This document shows positions 28,019 to 34,664 of a stretch of DNA of 37,070 bases, in pieces. The position numbers and the translations under genes are program-made. This stretch comes from a virus (taxonomy: Duplodnaviria > Caudoviricetes): IMG/VR virus record IMGVR_UViG_3300040736_000110, positions 1 through 37,070 of that record; one strand, written 5' to 3'. The notes below the pieces were generated by a model. The model made no database searches, was not told where the DNA came from, and was given only the letters and a program-made list of their open reading frames with translations. Every line of letters starts with the position of its first letter. Positions within the stretch are counted from its first letter, which is position 1.

Positions 28019-28630
28019 CTACAGGGCACTGAAATTCAGCACGATTCTGTTGTAGTTACCAGCCTCGTCCCTTACTGCGAAAGAGATGTACTGCTTGGTG
28101 GAAGTGACCAGGATGGCTTTATCGATCAGTTCCATAGCTTCCTTCCAGACCGGGTCCTTGATCTTGTATCGGCGCAGAGCGAAGATGCGATATCTGGCAA
28201 GTTGACCGCGCTTATCTACCTGGAAGGCTTCGTTGATGATGGCTTTGAGATTGTCACTGGAGTCGGCAGACCAGGCTTTGATGCACTCGTCTATCTTCTG
28301 CTTGGCGAGTTGCAGCTCAATGCCGAACTGAATCTTCTCCCGGAAGCGCATCTCGATGCGGTACTTCTCATCGAAGCTAATGAGCAGGGCATTGCCTTTC
28401 CATTCGAGGCCATTCCTGCGAGCAGCGTCGTTCAGATAGTTCTCGATGATCTGTATCATTTTCTGTTTGTCAGATAGAATCCGTTCTTGCAGTTTCATGG
28501 CGCAGTCCATCGCTTTCTTGACTGCGGCGTCCTTTTCCACTATTTCGGTGTGCAGCACCTTCACAGGGATTTCCCTACCTTGAGCATCGGTTAAGGTGCG
28601 TTCTTTGACTGGCTTGCTCGCTTTACTCAT
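28019..28630 (-). CDS. DUF3164-family protein of Mu-like phages
   Basis: KGN..L.SFD, FG.ELQ.AK.KIDEC...W, AFQVDK.G, W.EAM..I motifs. Confidence 0.8.
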   Translation of the reverse strand: MSKASKPVKERTLTDAQGREIPVKVLHTEIVEKDAAVKKAMDCAMKLQERILSDKQKMIQIIENYLNDAARRNGLEWKGNALLISFDEKYRIEMRFREKIQFGIELQLAKQKIDECIKAWSADSSDNLKAIINEAFQVDKRGQLARYRIFALRRYKIKDPVWKEAMELIDKAILVTSTKQYISFAVRDEAGNYNRIVLNFSAL

Positions 28631-29060
28631 TTGAATCCTCCTTAGGATCAGTTTGTTTATTTGGTGATTGATTGATCTCTTGTTTCTTGATGTAGGACTG
28701 GAACATGGCGATAACCGCTCTGCGCTCCTTCTTGGTGAGCAGGTTCCAGTGGCTTTTGGAATAGTGGCTTATCGTGAATGCCCTAAGCTGGGACTCGGTC
28801 CAGCCGGCTTGCTTCATGAGTGCATGCATGTACTTGCCCTGCTTATCGTAGTTGTATTCGAGAGGACGCCCATGTCTGCGATACTTGAGCATGATGGTCT
28901 TGAACTCGAGCAGCTTATCTTCGGATAGGGCTCTGAGTGAATCGCCATAGCCCATGCCGTTCATGATGAACTTGAATGCTTCGATCGGCCAGTGGAACTT
29001 CTTAACTCTGAGGCCGTGAATGTCTTGACGTAGTTTCCGTTCTCGCTGTTCCTGAGTCAT
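28623..29060 (-). CDS. GemA/gp16-like protein
   Basis: Two-part helical pattern (IH..., S.RAL, HAL..., LRAF...W.LL....VI) and position typical of transposable phages. Confidence 0.55.
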   Translation of the reverse strand: MTQEQRERKLRQDIHGLRVKKFHWPIEAFKFIMNGMGYGDSLRALSEDKLLEFKTIMLKYRRHGRPLEYNYDKQGKYMHALMKQAGWTESQLRAFTISHYSKSHWNLLTKKERRAVIAMFQSYIKKQEINQSPNKQTDPKEDSNE

Positions 29061-29076
29061 AGAATGCCCTCTCTTC

Positions 29077-29766
29077 TTAGTTGCAGTATCTTTGCTTGAA
29101 GTCTTCAGCCATGATCTTGCTTAAGGCCATAGCATGCTTGCGAAAGGTCTGTATCTTTTCCCACTCGGCTTTCTTGGCTTCGTTGTAGGCTCTGAACTCC
29201 GCTTTGGCTTTAGCCAAGGCAGCGTCACGTTCCTGCCTGAGCCTTCTGCGTTCTGCAGCATCGGTTTTCTTCTCTTCCGCTGTCTTCCGGTCAGGATACT
29301 TTCGCCTGGGATTGAGTTCACCCAGGATGCCTTTCTTGATTACCTTGCCCAGGTCCTTGAGATGGGCTCTGGATTTGACGTAGTAGGCTTTATCGTAGCC
29401 GATGGCATCTATCGAGGCCAGGGCTTCAAGATAGACAAAGACCCACTGGCGGCTGCGGTGAAAATCTACTGCGATCTTACGGATTGAAGTATAGCCACCT
29501 TGCTCGATCAGATTCAGCAGTTGATTGGCTGCTTGCAGGTTGAATTTCCAGGTGCCTTTCAAACCATAGCAGAGATTGGGATTGTAGCGGTTTGCCTTTA
29601 CGAATATACCTTCGCAGAGCTCTTTGATCTTACCGCTACTCGCCAGTTCCGTCAAGACCGGTTTCACCTCCTCCACTTGCACTGAAGTGAAGGAGGCGAC
29701 TGTCTCGGTCGAGAATGGCTTACGATAGTATCTTACGAAGTTCTGGATCAGTTGGGGAGCCGTCAT
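29077..29766 (-). CDS. Hypothetical basic DNA-binding protein
   Basis: 229 aa; HTH-like SIRKIAVDFHRSRQWV; coupled to MuB-like gene. Confidence 0.6.
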   Translation of the reverse strand: MTAPQLIQNFVRYYRKPFSTETVASFTSVQVEEVKPVLTELASSGKIKELCEGIFVKANRYNPNLCYGLKGTWKFNLQAANQLLNLIEQGGYTSIRKIAVDFHRSRQWVFVYLEALASIDAIGYDKAYYVKSRAHLKDLGKVIKKGILGELNPRRKYPDRKTAEEKKTDAAERRRLRQERDAALAKAKAEFRAYNEAKKAEWEKIQTFRKHAMALSKIMAEDFKQRYCN

Positions 29767-30479
29767 TTCGCTTTCTCCAGATCGATCACGTTACTTGGCT
29801 TATCCACCATGCCCATCTGATTAGTTTCCTGTGAGTACATCATCTTGATGGCCTTGCGCAGGTTACCCTTGCAGTTATCGTAGATCTGGGTAACCATCAG
29901 GTCGGTGACGGGGATTTCCATGATCTCATGGGCGATCAGTCTGATGTCCTTTTTGGTGGCAGGCTTGAATTCCACGAAGGCGTTGCAGCGGTCGAAGTAG
30001 TGTTCATTTAGCCGGGAGAGATGATCCCGGGCCGTCTGCATGCCTACCAGGATCACGATCACCAGGGTCTCGTCGACGATATCCCTGATTGAGCCTAAGA
30101 GCTTCGGGTGCTTGTAGGCATAGTCGATCTCATCGATGATGATCACCGTTTCAGGATGATCTTCCAGGATCTCTATGCACAGTTTGAAGACATTGTCGGT
30201 TGTTCCGGTGGGGATCACATCATTGATGCTGAAGTGCTCGTACAAGGTAGTCAGCAGCTTGACCGAGAAGGTTTTGGCGGTCGTGAAGGCCTCCAGTCTC
30301 AGATAGATGTAACCACGCTGGAAGGCGGTGCGTTGTGCGAAGGCGGTCTTGCCGAGGCCGGGTCTGCCATACAGTAAACCCAGGCCTACCATTTCAGTTT
30401 GGGGGCGATTGATGAGGTAGTTGATGCACTGGTCGGCTTCTACCACGTTGCTGATCTTGATCAGTTGGTTCTGTTTCAT
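29763..30479 (-). CDS. MuB-like AAA+ transposition ATPase
   Basis: Walker A GRPGLGKT, Walker B IIIDE, ILVGM, GNLR; follows transposase. Confidence 0.88.
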   Translation of the reverse strand: MKQNQLIKISNVVEADQCINYLINRPQTEMVGLGLLYGRPGLGKTAFAQRTAFQRGYIYLRLEAFTTAKTFSVKLLTTLYEHFSINDVIPTGTTDNVFKLCIEILEDHPETVIIIDEIDYAYKHPKLLGSIRDIVDETLVIVILVGMQTARDHLSRLNEHYFDRCNAFVEFKPATKKDIRLIAHEIMEIPVTDLMVTQIYDNCKGNLRKAIKMMYSQETNQMGMVDKPSNVIDLEKAK

Positions 30480-30491
30480 TGATATCCTCCA

Positions 30492-32579
30492 TTATTTTAT
30501 GCCTATGAATCTAAGCATCTCTTCATAGGTCTTGACTTTAGGTTTGATCTCCCCGTCATCGTCATCTTCCTGCTTCTGAGGCAGGTTCTCTTCGAGGCGG
30601 TTGGGGAGCTTCTGCATCGCTTGTTTCTCAAGTACTTCCATCACCTGCTCGGGTCCCGGCTTGGGAGCTTCGATGGCAGGCGGCTGGATGAAGGTTGGAT
30701 TCTCTTCGCCCTGTGCCAGCATGAGCGGTTTGATGTAGGCATCGACCACTTCCTGGGTCTGTTTGAGTGTCAGTCGGGTGCGGGTGGCGATCAGTCTCTG
30801 ATGCCGTTTGATAGCCTTGTATTCCTTCTTGACCTCCGCTACCGAGATGGGATTCTCCATATCCAGATGGATAAAGGGATCGACTGCTTTGCGCAATTCG
30901 GCCTGGCAGATGTAGTTGTCTTGCAGGTCATAGACCAGTATCCAGCGGGCATCGGAGGGATCGTAACGGATCAGGATTTCCTTGCCCATGTGTTCGATCA
31001 GTTCCATACTCCAGTATTGCATCTTGTTAAGTACAATGCCATTGTTGCGCAGTGTCTTGCGGACTGCAGTCAGCATCAGGAAGTTCAGGCGGCCGGCTTC
31101 TATCCTGCGCTCATCCGGGACCGGATTAGAACTGAATACCTGCCAGGGAGTCTTACCTCCCAGTCCGCTGTGTGGTTCTTCTCCATACATATAACGAACA
31201 TAGAAGCCGATCATCCGCATCGCCTCTTCCAGGGTGGGAGGATTGGATTCATACATCTTCTGCGCCCACTTCTCGTTACGCATCAGCGTGGCTGGTTTAT
31301 CGGCCACCGATGCTCCCCGGAAGCTGCTGATGAAGCGTTCAAAGCGTTCCTGGAAGGTTCTGAAGAAGCGTTCGATGATCTTGGCCTTGGCATTGTAGCT
31401 TTCGGCGAAGACCACATTGATGCCCAGCCTGGGGAAGATCCCCGATAACTCGGTTGCCAGGTCATGGCCTTCCCATTTCTCATTGAACAGCTTAGATCTG
31501 AAGGCTTTGCCGTTATCAAGATAGACTGCCTTGGGCACTCCCTTATAGTTGAGGAAGGCATTGCGGAAGGCCAGTTGGATATGCTGGCTGTCTTCTGTAT
31601 AGGCCAGGGATGCGCCTACCGGATACCTGGAAGCCCAATCGAAGACCATGATCATGGTCATCCGCACCGGCTTCCCGGTCTTGGGACTGATGATATCGAA
31701 GGCCAGAGTATGTCCATCGGCTACCCAGACCTGCCCGACCTTGAGCAGATCGTTATCCCGCTTGATCGTTTTCACGATCTCCTCGGCTACCGCCTTGCTC
31801 CCATGCCGGGCTTGGGTCCAAACCGCCAGGTTGTTGAGCTTATAGTCCTTGCACCAGCGTTTCAGGGTTGGCACCGAGCTGGGCGATTCCAAGTTGCCTA
31901 ACCTGGCGAAGGCTTTCACAGTGGCTACCGCAGAGCCGATCTTGATCTTTTGGGGGGAGAGCAGCAACTTGAGCAGGAACTGCTGTTCCAGATAGGTCAC
32001 CTTGCGGCCCCGAGTCTGGTTCTTGCCCTTGTGGATCAGGGCGAACATATCCCGGTTACTATCCAGATAAGCATCCACCCACTTACGTAGGGAGCGTTCG
32101 GTGCGCTTGCCCCTGATCTGGTAAAGCTCAGGCAGCAGTATGCCACTGTTGTAGTCTTGAGTGACCTGTTGCCAGGCTTCTAACTTGGCTTCCGAATCGT
32201 TTACAATATCGATCACAGTCTCGCAGAACTGCGAGATCAGCTGAGCCTCAAGCTTACAACTGAGTAGTTCCTTATTCTCCGGGGCTAGATTCAGATCTTC
32301 CGGAGCTACTTCAGGATCGAGCTTGGAGACTGCCGCCTCGATCTGCTCGGTTAACGATATGGGTTCGATTGCTGGAGGCTCCTCTTCCTTATATATGGGA
32401 GCGGCTGCCTCCTCCTTAAGAAACTTGGTTACCAGCTCCAGGGGAACCGGTTCACCCGTCTTGGAATAGTGAGGGATGATCATGATCTGACTGCCGGCTT
32501 TGACAGCCGCAAACAACTCATCATAGTTCTTGGCATAGTTGTCCCAGTCGATCTGATCATAGATATCAGTCTTGTCCAT
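30492..32579 (-). CDS. MuA-like DDE transposase
   Basis: WVADGH, YLDNGKAF, KIIERFF catalytic triad; PHSGL..KTP; Mu-transposase C-terminal IRYDP; start MDKTD with RBS. Confidence 0.92.
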   Translation of the reverse strand: MDKTDIYDQIDWDNYAKNYDELFAAVKAGSQIMIIPHYSKTGEPVPLELVTKFLKEEAAAPIYKEEEPPAIEPISLTEQIEAAVSKLDPEVAPEDLNLAPENKELLSCKLEAQLISQFCETVIDIVNDSEAKLEAWQQVTQDYNSGILLPELYQIRGKRTERSLRKWVDAYLDSNRDMFALIHKGKNQTRGRKVTYLEQQFLLKLLLSPQKIKIGSAVATVKAFARLGNLESPSSVPTLKRWCKDYKLNNLAVWTQARHGSKAVAEEIVKTIKRDNDLLKVGQVWVADGHTLAFDIISPKTGKPVRMTMIMVFDWASRYPVGASLAYTEDSQHIQLAFRNAFLNYKGVPKAVYLDNGKAFRSKLFNEKWEGHDLATELSGIFPRLGINVVFAESYNAKAKIIERFFRTFQERFERFISSFRGASVADKPATLMRNEKWAQKMYESNPPTLEEAMRMIGFYVRYMYGEEPHSGLGGKTPWQVFSSNPVPDERRIEAGRLNFLMLTAVRKTLRNNGIVLNKMQYWSMELIEHMGKEILIRYDPSDARWILVYDLQDNYICQAELRKAVDPFIHLDMENPISVAEVKKEYKAIKRHQRLIATRTRLTLKQTQEVVDAYIKPLMLAQGEENPTFIQPPAIEAPKPGPEQVMEVLEKQAMQKLPNRLEENLPQKQEDDDDGEIKPKVKTYEEMLRFIGIK

Positions 32580-33183
32580 GCTCCACCTTCCTATCCTTTG
32601 TATATGCGATGACGAACAGGCAGCTGGGCTGGCAGCATTCGAGTTGAATGCGCTCCTTCTCCAGATAGACAGGCTGCTCGCCACGCTTGCGGCAATAAGC
32701 CTTATCCAGATCTGCCAGTTCTTGGCCTGAGGCGATAAAGAGCTTGCTGATGCGGTAGCTGCCGCTCTCAACAATGCGTTTAACTGCGATAAACGATCCG
32801 TCTGCGACCATCCGCCTGATGGTCTTAACCGATTTGCCATACAGGGCAGCTACCCGGGCGAGGGGCAGCCATAAGACTTGAACTTCCTTCTCCATTGCGT
32901 AACCTTCCAGATTCAGAAAACCACTTGGACATTTTTCCGAAAAACCACTTGGACAAATCCCAGTCCCAGGATCAAAACCACTTGGACAAAAACTGGAACC
33001 ACTTGGACATTTTTCGGAGCACTTGGACAAAAATCTACAAAGTGCAGTGGCATCGTGGTGGGAAGCTATACGTAGAAAGAGATGCGGGATGTTTTGTCCA
33101 ACTGGTTGGTCATATAAAACCACTTGGACATTTTTCGCGGGGCAGTCTGAACAACTGCTTTTGATCCGCTTTTTCGCACTCAT
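32566..33183 (-). CDS. Early HTH protein with Cys-rich, CPSG-repeat N-terminal region (alternative start at 32895)
   Basis: GGAGGT RBS before ATG 33183; HTH LARVAALYGKSVKTIRRMV; second RBS and ATG at 32895. Confidence 0.6.
   Translation of the reverse strand: MSAKKRIKSSCSDCPAKNVQVVLYDQPVGQNIPHLFLRIASHHDATALCRFLSKCSEKCPSGSSFCPSGFDPGTGICPSGFSEKCPSGFLNLEGYAMEKEVQVLWLPLARVAALYGKSVKTIRRMVADGSFIAVKRIVESGSYRISKLFIASGQELADLDKAYCRKRGEQPVYLEKERIQLECCQPSCLFVIAYTKDRKVEHGQD
32917..33135. repeat. Array of AAAACCACTTGGACA(A/T) motifs
   Basis: Core CCACTTGGAC at 32921, 32945, 32978, 32999 and 33120; GCACTTGGAC at 33019; inverted variant at 33096-33105. Confidence 0.92.
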
Positions 33184-33345
33184 TCTAACCTCCATTACGT
33201 TAGTAATTGGGGTGCTAACTTCCATACCAGCAAGTTCTTGGGAAGTCCTTTCTGCACTCCGGCGGAAGAATCCGCCGAGGTTTTTAAGGACTCCAATCTT
33301 GCCGGCACGAATGCCATTGAGATTCACCTTGCTGAAAAATAATCA

Positions 33346-33374
33346 TTGACACATCTATGGGGAACATTTAGCAT
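33346..33374 (+). promoter_or_regulatory. Sigma70-type promoter for repressor
   Basis: TTGACA-17 nt-TAGCAT; overlapped by palindrome GGAACAT-N5-ATGTTCC (33361-33379). Confidence 0.7.
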
Positions 33375-33385
33375 GTTCCGTAGCT

Positions 33386-33420
33386 ATTGTGATAACCGTA
33401 TGGTAATTGTCAATGACAAT
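33386..33420 (-). promoter_or_regulatory. Putative early (lytic) promoter with palindromic operator
   Basis: Minus-strand TTGACA (33413-33408)-16 nt-CACAAT; palindrome ATTGTCA-A-TGACAAT at 33406-33420. Confidence 0.55.
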
Positions 33421-33440
33421 CTTATACAAAAGGAGTGATT

Positions 33441-34181
33441 ATGGCCACCAAGGAGATTGGAGATCGACTGTTAAAGGTAATGAAAATGATGAGGTTAAAG
33501 AACTACGAATTCGCCGAAAAATTTAATCTCTCACCCGTTACTTTATCCCGTTACAAGTCCGGGCAGAGGCTCCCGGAATCCAATTTTTTGATCGCATTAT
33601 CGAAGGCTCAGGTGAATGTAAATTGGTTACTCACAGGCGAGGGTACCATGCAAATTGTGAAGGATTTCGATGGCTGGATGAAGGAAAGATTGGAGCAGAA
33701 ACTCAAGGTCGTGGATAGCCGCACCGGGCTAATCGAAGCTCCTACAATAGATTATATTCGCACTGTGAACTTCACTATTCATGGCGAAATTTCCGCGGGG
33801 CCGAGAGAGCATATCGAAGACTTCCGGCGTTTGGGCGAGAGCGTAGAGATTCCGAGAAGTCTCGTGCCCGGGAACACTGATAAATACATGGCTTTCCGGG
33901 TTAACGGCCATAGCATGGAACCCAATATCATGCACGAGGACATCGTGCTGCTCATGCAGACCTACGACTGGGAATTTGCTAATGGTAAAGTGGGTGCGGT
34001 AAGAGCTGGTGATGGTGTGACCCTGAAGAAAATCATCCTCGATCCCAAGAATAGTCGTGTTGTTTTGCAACCATTTAACTTGGACTATGACGTCCAGATA
34101 TTAGACGCAGATCAGGGTGACGATGCATTTCTGATTGGGGTTTTGTCACTTCAGTTGCGGCTTTTTGATATTCGCCATTGA
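33441..34181 (+). CDS. Phage repressor, XRE HTH plus S24 (LexA/CI-type) peptidase
   Basis: HTH FAEKFNLSPVTLSRYKSG, VNWLLTGEG; ISAG cleavage site; GHSMEP Ser and TLKK Lys; AGGAG RBS. Confidence 0.92.
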   Translation: MATKEIGDRLLKVMKMMRLKNYEFAEKFNLSPVTLSRYKSGQRLPESNFLIALSKAQVNVNWLLTGEGTMQIVKDFDGWMKERLEQKLKVVDSRTGLIEAPTIDYIRTVNFTIHGEISAGPREHIEDFRRLGESVEIPRSLVPGNTDKYMAFRVNGHSMEPNIMHEDIVLLMQTYDWEFANGKVGAVRAGDGVTLKKIILDPKNSRVVLQPFNLDYDVQILDADQGDDAFLIGVLSLQLRLFDIRH

Positions 34182-34225
34182 CGAGGGAAAGCCGCAAAGT
34201 CTAAAACCAGTCCAAAATCGGCTCA

Positions 34226-34380
34226 ATTTGAAGTTATCGGTGATCCAAATACGTCCAAAAACGTCCAAAAAACCACTTGGACATCTCTGAAAGCAGTCCA
34301 ATATATCTCCCCACTTCATAAGGACTTATCCCCATTTGTCCAAGTGATCCGCATTTGAAGCTTTGGGTGACTCTTTATAA
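34226..34380. repeat. Putative prophage left end with transposase-binding repeats
   Basis: ATTTGAAGTTATCGGTGATCC (34226) and ATTTGAAGCTTTGGGTGACTC (34353), 16/21 identical; CCACTTGGAC at 34273 and inverted at 34338; GC-rich host sequence follows. Confidence 0.55.
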
Positions 34381-34664
34381 CGACTGCGTCTATTTAGATT
34401 AGCATGCCGCCCTCATCAAAGAGTCTGCCACTTGCCTGATGGAAAGCGCAGCTGTTCTCCGCGCCGCCATGGCAAAGGCCGGGGGGGGCCAGGAAGCAGG
34501 CGATAAGCCCGGGGAGCGGCAGAAAGGCCTGGCCTGCAGCTACCCTTCCAATCATAGGAGGGTAAACTTAAGGTAATCCGCAGTTTTCTTGAGTCCAAAA
34601 CATCCCTGCCAGGCTCTGATCAACGGCCTGTCACTGGATGTGTCGGACTTTTGGGGCACATATC

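Larger units (their letters stand above)
1413..34380 (-). mobile_element. Transposable (Mu-like) prophage with non-contractile tail; other end lies outside the window beyond the intron
   Basis: Repressor, DDE transposase, MuB-like ATPase, GemA-like, DUF3164, terminase, gpF-like, portal, capsid and tape measure genes in co-oriented overlapping operons; no integrase or tail sheath seen. Confidence 0.9.

Noticed and set aside
10582-28021. Phage-wide TAG recoding (genetic code 15)
   Set aside because: TAG ends the capsid, portal, terS and DUF3164 genes at plausible natural termini, and only one gene has an internal TAG.
1783-31901. Many plus-strand ORFs opposite phage genes (e.g. 9640..10371, 27683..28477, 30621..31448)
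   Set aside because: These are antisense shadows of codon-biased genes with no recognisable motifs.
32580-32840. 87-aa N-terminal extension of the transposase in the ORF track
   Set aside because: It overlaps the upstream HTH gene in another frame; an RBS supports the start at 32579.
32917-33135. Repeat array as a CRISPR or mini-CRISPR
   Set aside because: The unit is only ~10-16 bp, periods are irregular (20-33 bp), one copy is inverted, and there are no cas genes.
33260-33285. Hairpin CGGCGGA-AGAA-TCCGCCG followed by AGGTTTTT as a terminator
   Set aside because: The T-tract is on the plus strand, where no upstream gene is supported; function cannot be assigned.
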